From a virus (lineage: Duplodnaviria > Caudoviricetes): DNA of 41,216 nt. A model generated the notes under the pieces. The model had not been told where the DNA came from. It saw only the letters and a program-made list of their open reading frames with translations, and searched no databases. Of the stretch, positions 18,985 to 27,324 are shown piece after piece. The stretch covers positions 1-41,216 of the IMG/VR virus record IMGVR_UViG_3300043610_000016, one strand, 5' to 3'. Each line of letters starts with the position of its first letter. Positions within the stretch are counted from its first letter, which is position 1. Both the position numbers and the translations under genes were made by a program.

Positions 18985-19230
18985 ATGTCACGCAAACTTA
19001 AGTATCTCCCGGACGATCCGATGGTGCTCGCCTGCAAGCGAGCCATCAAGCGCATGGGCGGCCTCACCGAGGTCGGCCGGGTCTTCGGCGTGACGCCGCA
19101 GGCCGTCTACAAATGGGAGGTCGTGCCGCCGGAGCGCGTGCATGCCATGGCGCTGGTCAGCGGCATCTCGATCTACGAACTCAGACCGGACCTGCATGGA
19201 ACAAAGCCACGCGACAAGCTGGCAGGCTAA
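18985..19230 (+). CDS. cro: Cro/YdaS-like HTH regulator
   Basis: GGLTEVGRVFGVTPQAVYKW..VPPER...ELRPDL. Confidence 0.85.
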   Translation: MSRKLKYLPDDPMVLACKRAIKRMGGLTEVGRVFGVTPQAVYKWEVVPPERVHAMALVSGISIYELRPDLHGTKPRDKLAG

Positions 19231-19250
19231 CAACCAAAGAAAGGGCTGCC

Positions 19251-19682
19251 ATGACCTTGGCCAACCAGCGCATCTGGAACGATGACGACCGCAAGATCGT
19301 GGCCGGGCTGCTCCTCGAGGGGGCCTCGGCATCGCAGGTGGGCAAGGCCCTCGACATCAGCCGCAACGCCGCCATCGGCCGCATATCCCGCGACCCTTAC
19401 CTGCACCCGCTGATGTGCCATGGCGGCCGCCCCAGCACGACAATTCACCACCGCCCCGCATGGCGCGCCACGCCCAGACCACCCACCGAACCCGTCCCAC
19501 CCGATCCAGAGCCAGAACCCGATGAGCAGCTGATGCCGCTGATCGCCACCGGCAGCACCCGCTGCAAGTGGCCGGTGCGCGCCGATCCCGTGGCCCTCGG
19601 TGGCATCCTGTGCTGCGGCCGCCCGACCAAGCCCGATCAGGTCTACTGCGAGCAGCACCGGGAGAAGGCGAAGCGAAAATGA
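19251..19682 (+). CDS. gcrA: GcrA-family regulator
   Basis: W..D......L.EG.SASQ....L.ISRNA.IG...R N-terminus and CKWP...CG.P......YC..H C-terminus. Confidence 0.85.
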   Translation: MTLANQRIWNDDDRKIVAGLLLEGASASQVGKALDISRNAAIGRISRDPYLHPLMCHGGRPSTTIHHRPAWRATPRPPTEPVPPDPEPEPDEQLMPLIATGSTRCKWPVRADPVALGGILCCGRPTKPDQVYCEQHREKAKRK

Positions 19683-20116
19683 GACCGCTCTACGAAACCG
19701 AACGTGATCTGGGCAATGAGGAGAAGGTGCTCGCCTTCCTCGCCGAGCAATGGGCCCTGTCGGGATGGTTGAAGCTGTCGCTATCCTACGGCCTCGACTA
19801 TGCGCTGTGCCGGTTGCCCGGGAAAATCTCATCCTATGTCGAGATCAAGGTCAGGCCCGGCCTGTCCCACGGTTTCGGCGACGGGTATTACCTGTCACTG
19901 CACAAGGCGATGCGGGCCCGGGAGATCAATGCCGAGACCGGCGCGCCCTGCCATCTCGTCGTCAACTTCCCCGGCGATGGCGACAGCATCTGGCGCGCCG
20001 ATATGTTCAGCCATCAGGACGGCTGCATTGTCGCGGGGCGCAAGGATCGCGGCGATCCGCTCGATCAGGAGCCGCATGTGGTTTACCCGTGGGAAGCATT
20101 CAGGAAGCTGAGATGA
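19679..20116 (+). CDS. PD-(D/E)xK nuclease-like protein
   Basis: LDY...YVEIKVR motif; ATGA coupling. Confidence 0.55.
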   Translation: MRPLYETERDLGNEEKVLAFLAEQWALSGWLKLSLSYGLDYALCRLPGKISSYVEIKVRPGLSHGFGDGYYLSLHKAMRAREINAETGAPCHLVVNFPGDGDSIWRADMFSHQDGCIVAGRKDRGDPLDQEPHVVYPWEAFRKLR

Positions 20117-20493
20117 GCATCAGCGCCGAACAATATCGCGAGATGGCGAATAAACCGAAGCGGTCGAAGTACGGCAACGTCAAGGTCGTGATCGACGGCG
20201 AGAGCTACGACAGCAAGATCGAAGCCGAATTTCACCACCACCTGAAGCTGCGCGAGCGCATCGGCGAGGTCTACGGCATCGTCCGGCAGAAGCAGTTCGT
20301 CATCGAGCTGGGCGGCACGCGCATCTGCTCGCTCAAGGTGGATTACTGGTTCTACGACCGGCGCACGCGCGGCATGCGCGCCGTCGACATCAAGGGCGGC
20401 GTGTCCGACACGCAGGTGTTCCGGCTCAAGGCGAAACTGGTCAAGGCGATGTTCGGCGTCGAGGTCGAGATCGTCCGGGAGTTTCGCTCATGA
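20113..20493 (+). CDS. DUF1064-family protein
   Basis: SKYGNVKVVIDG..YDSK.EA...VD...DIKG. Confidence 0.85.
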   Translation: MSISAEQYREMANKPKRSKYGNVKVVIDGESYDSKIEAEFHHHLKLRERIGEVYGIVRQKQFVIELGGTRICSLKVDYWFYDRRTRGMRAVDIKGGVSDTQVFRLKAKLVKAMFGVEVEIVREFRS

Positions 20494-21410
20494 GCAACAG
20501 CCGCCCATGGTTCAAGTTCTACAGCGCCAACTGGCGCGGCGATCCGGCGCTCAGGGCCTGCAGTCTGGCGGCGCGCGGCCTGTGGATCGATATGATCACA
20601 CTCATGGAGGAGACGGATGATGGCACCCTGACCCTCCGTGGAAAACCCATCGCCAGCCCGCAGCTGGCGATGCTGGTCGCGGCCCCGCTCGACGAGGTCG
20701 AGCCCCTCATCGAAGAGCTGCGCGACAACGGCGTTTTCATGGTCGCAAAGAACGGAATTATCTTTTCCACTCGCATGAAAAACGAGAGAAAAATGCGAGA
20801 AAACGGGAAGAAAAATGCGAGAAAAAGGTGGGGAAAGAACACCAAGCAAGATACTGAAAAACCAGAACAAAAATCACACCCCAATGGGTTACCCAATACA
20901 CCTGCGCGCGCGCCATCGCGACCTAGAGGACAGAGGACAGATGCTGCATCTGATCTCAGTGGTAGTTCTGATCTGTTGCACGGGCGCGCGCTGAGCAATG
21001 GCGCAGCCAAGGCGAAAAAACCGTCCCGCCTGCCGGAGGATTTCGCCCCGGATATCGTCTACGCCACCGAGCAGGGCCTGACCGCCAAGCAGGCCATCGC
21101 CGAGGCCGAGAATTTCGCGGACTACTGGCGCGCCAAGCCCAAGGACAACACCAAGCTGGACTGGCCAGCGACGTGGCGCACATGGGTGCGCCGTGCAGCT
21201 GATCGCCCTCCGTCCCGTCGGGCGCAGGGGCCGCCACCCGGGCGCTGGTCGGTCGGTGATGTGGCAATGCGGCGCTTGCGGGAAATGGAGGAAAATGACG
21301 ATGACGACAGCGATATCGACAAGGGTTTTCGACAAGGCGACGCGCAAGCAGATGCTGAGAAGCCTCGCCATGTTGCGTCCACTGCCGTCAAGATTGACCG
21401 AAGAGATTGA
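20490..21410 (+). CDS. Replication initiator (lambda O analogue)
   Basis: PWFKFY..NW..D..L..CSLAARGLW N-terminus; F.DYW...KLDW.ATWR.W C-terminus; internal repeats. Confidence 0.75.
   Translation: MSNSRPWFKFYSANWRGDPALRACSLAARGLWIDMITLMEETDDGTLTLRGKPIASPQLAMLVAAPLDEVEPLIEELRDNGVFMVAKNGIIFSTRMKNERKMRENGKKNARKRWGKNTKQDTEKPEQKSHPNGLPNTPARAPSRPRGQRTDAASDLSGSSDLLHGRALSNGAAKAKKPSRLPEDFAPDIVYATEQGLTAKQAIAEAENFADYWRAKPKDNTKLDWPATWRTWVRRAADRPPSRRAQGPPPGRWSVGDVAMRRLREMEENDDDDSDIDKGFRQGDAQADAEKPRHVASTAVKIDRRD
20787..20825 (+). repeat. Iteron-like 17-bp direct repeat, candidate origin
   Basis: AGAAAAATGCGAGAAAA at 20787 and 20809, 22-bp period, in an AT-rich patch. Confidence 0.6.
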
Positions 21411-21825
21411 CGCGGAAGTGAGCACAGAGGTTTACCTGATCGCCCTCGATGGCGTCACGGTGCATGCGCTGCAGGAGGCGACGCAGGCCATTCTACGTGG
21501 CAGCCTCGGCCACGCGTTTCACCCGTCGCCGCCTGAGTTCAGGCTGCTGTGCAATCAGATGATGAAGCCGATCTACGACGAGATGACCAAGCAGCGCATG
21601 CTCGAGCTGGAGCTGGAGGAGAAACCGCAGCCCATCGCACTCGAGCCCGGCTGGCGCGAGCGCGCCGAAGCGACGCTGAAGACGTTTCACGATGCGAACG
21701 CACTGCTGTCTGAGCCCGAAGAACCCGGCAAGCCACCCGAACCAAAAATCCACGATTACAGCCAAGAAACCGAGATTGAAATCACACCAGCGATGCAGCG
21801 CTATCTGCAGCAACAGGAGAACTGA
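21301..21825 (+). CDS. Hypothetical protein (possible helicase loader)
   Basis: Overlaps the rep 3' end; F.PSPPEFR..C motif. Confidence 0.55.
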   Translation: MTTAISTRVFDKATRKQMLRSLAMLRPLPSRLTEEIDAEVSTEVYLIALDGVTVHALQEATQAILRGSLGHAFHPSPPEFRLLCNQMMKPIYDEMTKQRMLELELEEKPQPIALEPGWRERAEATLKTFHDANALLSEPEEPGKPPEPKIHDYSQETEIEITPAMQRYLQQQEN

Positions 21826-21826
21826 C

Positions 21827-22081
21827 ATGGCCGATCCCCTCACCACCGAACTGGAAAACGCCGTCGAGCAAGGCCTCGCTCAAGGCAGCGCTCTCGGCTC
21901 CGGCGCTCAGCGCATGACCGGCAGCAACCGCGCCAGCAACAACGGCTTCAGTGCTGCCATGGCGCAACCACCAGAAACCATGGGCGATGTGCTCGCAGCA
22001 CTGGAGACACGCCACGATATGATCAAGCGCCAGATCGACGCCCTGATCGGCGATCTGCAGGCCCTGCGGGAGCAACTGTGA
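21827..22081 (+). CDS. Hypothetical coiled-coil protein
   Basis: AGGAG RBS. Confidence 0.65.
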   Translation: MADPLTTELENAVEQGLAQGSALGSGAQRMTGSNRASNNGFSAAMAQPPETMGDVLAALETRHDMIKRQIDALIGDLQALREQL

Positions 22082-22791
22082 TGCCCAACCCCATCGTCAT
22101 CGACATCAGTCACCACAACGCGACACCTGACTGGCAGGCGCTCAAGGCTGGTGGCACGCTCGGTGTGATCCTGAAGGCGACCGAAGGCGCGAGCTATGTC
22201 GATCCGACCTTCCAGAGCCGATGGGCTGCAGCCAAGGACAATGGCCTGCTTCGGTCGGCCTATCACTTCCTCAGGCCCGGCGACATGGTCACGCAGATGC
22301 AGTGCTTCCTGAGGACGGTCAACCCGTCGCGCACCGAACGGCTGGTGATCGACTACGAGGATGCCGACGTCTCGTTCGCCGATCTGGAGAAGGCAGCGCA
22401 ATATCTGCTCAATGCCGGTGTGCAGACGACGATCTACGGCTCGAACGTGCTGGTTGAAGCCTGCAAGGGCAAAGCCTCGCCGATCCTGTCGAAGACCAGC
22501 CTGTGGCAGGCAAGGTACAGCTCGAACGAGCCTGCTGTGCCCAGCATCTGGCCGACGTGGTCGCTGTGGCAGTTCACCGAGAAGGCCAAGGTCAGCGGCA
22601 TCAATGGCGCTATCGACGGCAACCACTGGAACGGCCATCCATCCAACCTGCCAGCGTGGTTCGACAGCTCTCTGGCCCTGCCACCGGTCGAGCCATATCC
22701 TGAGCCCGAAGAGGTCCCGCATGTGGTGATCACCATCCAAGGCAAGCCCGGCATAATCATCCACATCAACAATCAGGTGCTCGAGCTATGA
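22081..22791 (+). CDS. GH25 muramidase endolysin
   Basis: IDISHHN, KATEG..Y.D..F, AYHF, DYE, LWQF motifs. Confidence 0.92.
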   Translation: MPNPIVIDISHHNATPDWQALKAGGTLGVILKATEGASYVDPTFQSRWAAAKDNGLLRSAYHFLRPGDMVTQMQCFLRTVNPSRTERLVIDYEDADVSFADLEKAAQYLLNAGVQTTIYGSNVLVEACKGKASPILSKTSLWQARYSSNEPAVPSIWPTWSLWQFTEKAKVSGINGAIDGNHWNGHPSNLPAWFDSSLALPPVEPYPEPEEVPHVVITIQGKPGIIIHINNQVLEL

Positions 22792-22883
22792 ACGTCAAAG
22801 ACCCGATGCCATCGTGGTACCTGCTCGTAGGGCTGTTCGCTGGTTTTGCAGTGGCCATCCTGATCGGTTTGGTGCTGTCATGA
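22788..22883 (+). CDS. 31-aa single-TM peptide (not in the ORF track)
   Basis: MNVKDPMPSWYLLVGLFAGFAVAILIGLVLS; ATGA overlaps at both ends. Confidence 0.6.
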   Translation: MNVKDPMPSWYLLVGLFAGFAVAILIGLVLS

Positions 22884-23122
22884 CCCATCCACGCTGGAGA
22901 GAGCTGCAATCGCTGCTGATGCACGAAGCGACGGACAATGGTATCCGGTTGAAGACCGATCTGGCGGAACGGCTCGAGATCAACCCGAGCAAGCTCAACC
23001 GCTGGATCGCGAGGCGGGTGATGCCCTCACGGGCGCATCTGCAGTACCTCAGCGACATGACCGGAAACGAGGCCTACAAGCAATTACGGCCACCAAAACG
23101 GGAGAAGAGCGATGCCCAGTGA
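22880..23122 (+). CDS. XRE-family HTH protein
   Basis: DLAERLEINPSKLNRW...PS. Confidence 0.7.
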   Translation: MTHPRWRELQSLLMHEATDNGIRLKTDLAERLEINPSKLNRWIARRVMPSRAHLQYLSDMTGNEAYKQLRPPKREKSDAQ

Positions 23123-23594
23123 AGTCACTCTCAGCGTCAAACAGGAGATGTTCATTCTGTTCATCCTGAAAGGTGAAGCAGGATCAAAGGCTTACAGGCT
23201 CGCAGGTTATAAGGCTGGCAATGATGACGTGGCTGAAGTCAACGCCTCCAAGTTACTAAGCTCGCATAAGGTGGCAACCCGGTTGAATGAGCTGCGTCAG
23301 GTGGTGCAGATCAGGCATGTTGTGACGACTGACAGCCTGACGACAAAGCTGTTCACCATTCTGGCTGGTGCCGAGAAGGATGGGAAATGGGCCGCCGCAG
23401 CCAGCGCGGTCCAGCTGATTGCGAAACTCCACGGCCTCCTGATCGACCGCTCTGAGGTCGAGGTCACCCATCGTCCAGCGCCCTTGCCGACCAAGCTGCT
23501 CGAGCTGTCAGAGGAGGAATGGAGGCAGCAGTTCGCCATCAAAGGCCCAGCAAAGACTGGGGTTGTCACGTCACCAACGAACGTTGACAAGTGA
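23112..23594 (+). CDS. terS: Terminase small subunit
   Basis: LSVKQE.F...AYRLAGYK....A.VNASKLL...KV..RL.EL. Confidence 0.85.
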   Translation: MPSEVTLSVKQEMFILFILKGEAGSKAYRLAGYKAGNDDVAEVNASKLLSSHKVATRLNELRQVVQIRHVVTTDSLTTKLFTILAGAEKDGKWAAAASAVQLIAKLHGLLIDRSEVEVTHRPAPLPTKLLELSEEEWRQQFAIKGPAKTGVVTSPTNVDK

Positions 23595-23612
23595 CAATGC
23601 GATCAATAAGGT
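23584..23612 (+). promoter_or_regulatory. Sigma70-type promoter
   Basis: TTGACA-N17-TAAGGT. Confidence 0.55.
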
Positions 23613-23740
23613 GTGAGCAGGTGCCAACCACTGACCCGGCCAAGACGCCCCCCGGGGGGTCATCGAAGGCGGGGGGTGGGGGGAGCAGCGGGGGCCCACC
23701 CCACACACACATTTTGAACTTTTACGAACGGAGTGACGAC

Positions 23741-24400
23741 ATGCAGTACGTGACCTACCAGCGAGTGTCGACCCAAGAGCAGAAGAAGTCTGGCCTTGGC
23801 CTGTTGGCCCAGCAGCGCGACATCGACATCTACCTGACGACCTACAGCGACGTGCCCTACGAGGTCATCGGTGAGTTTGCCGACACCGGGAGCGGTGCTG
23901 ACAATGGCCGCCCTGAGCTGCAGAAGGCACTGGCACTGGCCAAGAAGACCGGAGCCACCCTGCTGGTGGCCAAGCTGGATCGTCTGTCCCGCCGCGTCAG
24001 CCAGATCGCCCAGATCATGGAGGACCCGAAGATCACGTTCCGCGTCGCCACGATGCCACATGCCGATAAATTTCAGCTGCACATCTACGGTGCTTTGGCC
24101 GAACAGGAGCGCGAGTTCATTTCCCTGCGCACCAAGGCTGCACTGGCACAGGCGAAGGCCCGGGGCGTCAAACTGGGCGGTTATCGCGGCAATGCCCTGA
24201 CCAAGGCCAACACGGCCCGCACGGCAACGGCAACGGCCATCGCGGTCAAGCTGGCTTCTATGGTCGGCCCGATGCGCCGCGACGGCATGACACTCGAGCA
24301 GATCGCCGACCGCCTGCAGGAGCAAGGCGTCCAGACCCCGCAGAACGGCACATGGACAGCCAAGGCGGTTTCGAGGGTGCTGGCGAGGGTGATGGCATGA
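23741..24400 (+). CDS. Serine recombinase (resolvase/invertase family)
   Basis: YQRVST..Q, SG....RP.L, KLDRLSR, E.ERE.IS.RT, C-terminal DNA-binding helix. Confidence 0.92.
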   Translation: MQYVTYQRVSTQEQKKSGLGLLAQQRDIDIYLTTYSDVPYEVIGEFADTGSGADNGRPELQKALALAKKTGATLLVAKLDRLSRRVSQIAQIMEDPKITFRVATMPHADKFQLHIYGALAEQEREFISLRTKAALAQAKARGVKLGGYRGNALTKANTARTATATAIAVKLASMVGPMRRDGMTLEQIADRLQEQGVQTPQNGTWTAKAVSRVLARVMA

Positions 24401-24630
24401 AACTGCACCCCGAGCTTGAAGTGCTGGTGACGCCGCTCGAGGCCAAGGACAAGCTCCTCGGCCCCACGGTGACGATCCACTTACAGGGTTGTCCGCGCCT
24501 GCTGGTGTCGGAGGAAGACTTCGCCAAGGTGCAGGCGCTGCTCGGTTCCGATATGTCGGGGCGGCAGGTCATGCTGGCCCCGGCCGAGGACGACGACGTG
24601 CGGATCAGCATCCGGCTGGTGCCGTCATGA
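24397..24630 (+). CDS. Hypothetical protein
   Basis: ATGA coupling at both ends. Confidence 0.6.
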   Translation: MKLHPELEVLVTPLEAKDKLLGPTVTIHLQGCPRLLVSEEDFAKVQALLGSDMSGRQVMLAPAEDDDVRISIRLVPS

Positions 24631-25124
24631 GCAAGCGCACCTACATCTGCGACCATTGTGGCGAGGAGTGCCTGTCGAGCTGGGACGACGAGCACGCCGT
24701 CGCCGAGTACGAGCGCGCCTATGGCAAGCCGTATGATCCGTCACAGGTGGCCGAGGTCTGCGACGACTGCTACCGGCAGGTGCGGGCATATCAAAAAACG
24801 GAAGTGGAGAGTGACATGGACCAGAAGCAGAACATCGACCCGGATGGCACACCGGCCTCGAAATTCATCAACGATCTGATGATCCGGCTCCTGCAGGAGA
24901 CACCGAACCCGGAGGACCAGCCTGCGCCGGACGAACAGCAGCGTGGCCACATCATCATGGGCGCGCTGGTCTCCCTCAACGCCGGGGTGATCGCCAACGT
25001 CATTTCCACCCCGGGGAACCGGGAGGTGGTCATGCAGGTGGTCATGCAGCTCGCCTCGGAGGTGTTCGAGGAGGTCGCCCGCCTGCAGCCGCAGGTCACG
25101 GCCAGCCGGGGAATGAAGCAATGA
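24627..25124 (+). CDS. Hypothetical protein with an N-terminal CxxC...CxxC zinc ribbon
   Basis: CDHC...CDDC; possible internal start near 24816. Confidence 0.65.
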   Translation: MSKRTYICDHCGEECLSSWDDEHAVAEYERAYGKPYDPSQVAEVCDDCYRQVRAYQKTEVESDMDQKQNIDPDGTPASKFINDLMIRLLQETPNPEDQPAPDEQQRGHIIMGALVSLNAGVIANVISTPGNREVVMQVVMQLASEVFEEVARLQPQVTASRGMKQ

Positions 25125-25324
25125 CCCGCTATGCCACCAGAACCGTCGTCAAGGTCGAGCGCCGCCTGTGGGATGTCGAGAAAATGGACTTCGTCAGCCA
25201 CACGTTCGAGATCGCCTTCAACGCCAACGCCATCCCGTCCAAGGTCTACAGCGATGCGCTGAAGTCGAAAAACGGGGTGGCCTCGCGGGTCTACAAGGCC
25301 ATCATCGTCAGGGAAACGTCATGA
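25121..25324 (+). CDS. Hypothetical protein
   Basis: ATGA coupling. Confidence 0.6.
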   Translation: MTRYATRTVVKVERRLWDVEKMDFVSHTFEIAFNANAIPSKVYSDALKSKNGVASRVYKAIIVRETS

Positions 25325-25551
25325 CCGGCCATCTCAGCCTGTGGACGGTGTGCCGGTTCCCCGAGGATTACCCGGACAAATACACCGCCCGGCGCGCTGA
25401 AATCCATTCGGGCGGGACCACGGTGATGACCGGCGAGGTGTTCGTCGGCGACACCCTCGGGGAGGTGCGGCAGCGCATGCGCAATCTGGGCCTCGTCTGC
25501 CTGACGCGGCACCCGGAAGACGATCCGGTCATCGTCGAGGTGTGGCTCTGA
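25321..25551 (+). CDS. Hypothetical phage protein
   Basis: P.DYP..Y.AR...R.P.DDP.I.E.WL pattern. Confidence 0.65.
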   Translation: MTGHLSLWTVCRFPEDYPDKYTARRAEIHSGGTTVMTGEVFVGDTLGEVRQRMRNLGLVCLTRHPEDDPVIVEVWL

Positions 25552-25566
25552 GGAGGGGCAAGGGAG

Positions 25567-25812
25567 ATGGCAGAGCCGACAGGACTTGTGGAACCGGCCA
25601 TCATGCAGCTGCTCTCCCTCGGCGCGCCCGGCGCTGTCATCATCGCGCTGGGTTTTGCCGCCTATCGTTTCTACAATCGCAATCAGGAGTTGACCGACAC
25701 ACTGATCACCATGACCCGGGAAACCGTCAAGGCGCAGGAGGCGGCAACCGATGCGATCAATCGCCTGACCGACCTGCTGCGCTCGACGCGACGGCTTCCC
25801 CCAGCGGAGTGA
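25567..25812 (+). CDS. Single-TM plus coiled-coil protein, holin candidate
   Basis: GAGGAGG RBS; LGAPGAVIIALGFAAY transmembrane segment. Confidence 0.6.
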   Translation: MAEPTGLVEPAIMQLLSLGAPGAVIIALGFAAYRFYNRNQELTDTLITMTRETVKAQEAATDAINRLTDLLRSTRRLPPAE

Positions 25813-25817
25813 CGCCA

Positions 25818-26012
25818 GTGAAAGAGTTTTTGAAAATGCTGTTCAGGCCCCAGAGCGCGACCCGCCGGGAGATGCTCGACAGTGTCGTGCAGTCGCGGCA
25901 GGAGATGGAAAAGGCCTCGAGCCGACTGGAATTTGTCATCCGGCTGCTCATTCAGGAGAATGACCGGCTTGCAAGAAGGGAGCGGCGCAATGCTCAAAAG
26001 CCTAGCACGTAA
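25818..26012 (+). CDS. Hypothetical protein
   Basis: GGAG RBS with GTG start. Confidence 0.55.
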   Translation: MKEFLKMLFRPQSATRREMLDSVVQSRQEMEKASSRLEFVIRLLIQENDRLARRERRNAQKPST

Positions 26013-26472
26013 CGGCAGGATGCAGGTGGCGATTGCCGCACTGATCGGCGGGTTCTTCGCCCTGCGGGAGCTGCTTGATCCCAGCCTGCTGATGAGCCTC
26101 CTCAACGGCGTGTTCGCTGGCGCGGTCGTCACCCTCGTCGCCGCCTATTACCGGCTGATCGTGGCCGCGATACGCGGGAACGGCGAACAAGGCCGGGTGC
26201 AGCAGATGGCGCTCGGCCTGTTCGTGCTGTGGATGTCGATGGTCGTCAATGTCGGCGTCTCGATCTATGCGCGATCCACCGAATTTGACCCGACGACCTA
26301 CACGGGAGCCGCAGCCGCGCGCTACCTCGCCATCATCGCCGCCGTGCTGCAGATGCGCTCGCTCGACTACGCCTACGCGCTGTTCCACGGCCGCGACAGG
26401 ACCATGATCGCGGCGAGCCTCTTTCTCGGCGTCGCGGTCGCCATCGCCGTCGTCGCCCTGCAGCAATGGTGA
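25990..26472 (+). CDS. Multi-pass membrane protein
   Basis: About 5 hydrophobic segments; GGGAG RBS. Confidence 0.7.
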   Translation: MLKSLARNGRMQVAIAALIGGFFALRELLDPSLLMSLLNGVFAGAVVTLVAAYYRLIVAAIRGNGEQGRVQQMALGLFVLWMSMVVNVGVSIYARSTEFDPTTYTGAAAARYLAIIAAVLQMRSLDYAYALFHGRDRTMIAASLFLGVAVAIAVVALQQW

Positions 26473-26582
26473 TCACGGGCCGATGACAATCCTGTGATCG
26501 AGTTTTCTTGGGAAAAGAACAACTGGGGGTTGAAAACTAATTACTTTGATTTAAACCCGGTATGTCCGGAGGAGGACAATTC

Positions 26583-26837
26583 ATGACTATGAGCACGCTT
26601 TCGCCAATGGCGCAGGAGATGAAAAAGGCAGTTCTCGACCTGCCCGGGTTGAAACCAGCCGACATCGACCGTACCCTCCAAGTAATCATTTCTTGCGAAA
26701 AAGTGATGCTTGAAGCAATGGGAGAATTTGTCGCAGAGCGGGTCAAGAGGCGCTTCACCGAGGTGTTTTCCATCGGCTTTGCCATGGGCGTCGCCGTGGC
26801 CTCCGTCTTCGCCGCAACCGGGTATATGCTGTCATGA
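26583..26837 (+). CDS. Hypothetical protein with a C-terminal TM segment
   Basis: GGAGGA RBS after an AT-rich promoter region. Confidence 0.65.
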   Translation: MTMSTLSPMAQEMKKAVLDLPGLKPADIDRTLQVIISCEKVMLEAMGEFVAERVKRRFTEVFSIGFAMGVAVASVFAATGYMLS

Positions 26838-27079
26838 GCGCCCCCCTGACCATCGAGAACTGCTGGCTCGCCGTCTCGGTCGACGACAATGGCGACGAAG
26901 GCGTCTGTGCCGCCCTGATCGGCCATGCATGGATGCCGCTGATGGCCGCCGACCGCGCCCGGCTGCCCTTCGTCATCGAAGCGGCCGGAAAGATCGCCGA
27001 CGAGACCGGCCAGACCATCAAGATCATCCGCCTGACCGAGCGCTCGGAGATCAAGACCATCACACGGAGGACGTCATGA
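26834..27079 (+). CDS. Hypothetical protein
   Basis: D..GDEG.CA.....WMPL.AAD; ATGA coupling. Confidence 0.65.
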   Translation: MSAPLTIENCWLAVSVDDNGDEGVCAALIGHAWMPLMAADRARLPFVIEAAGKIADETGQTIKIIRLTERSEIKTITRRTS

Positions 27080-27321
27080 TCCCACTGAGCATCCATCTTG
27101 ACGGCGACAACTGCTGGCCGGAGATGAAGGAATGGATCGAGGCGGATGGCCTGCAGATCGCGGTGTTGCCGAGCGGCACGTCGAGCGGCAGGCCGAGCGT
27201 CACCATCCGCATCGAGCTGCCGACCGGCGAGATCGTCCTCGCCCAGACCACCGCCCGGCTGTTCTGTTCGGCTGGCCGCATGATCACGTCCCGCTATCCC
27301 GACCTGTTCGAGGGAGATTGA
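27076..27321 (+). CDS. Hypothetical protein
   Basis: GGAGG RBS; G..SGRPSV.IRI. Confidence 0.65.
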   Translation: MIPLSIHLDGDNCWPEMKEWIEADGLQIAVLPSGTSSGRPSVTIRIELPTGEIVLAQTTARLFCSAGRMITSRYPDLFEGD

Positions 27322-27324
27322 GCC

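Noticed and set aside
18621-18991. ORFs 18621-18932 and 18809-18991 as a repressor
   Set aside because: No HTH, no RBS and atypical codon use; probably chance ORFs in regulatory DNA.
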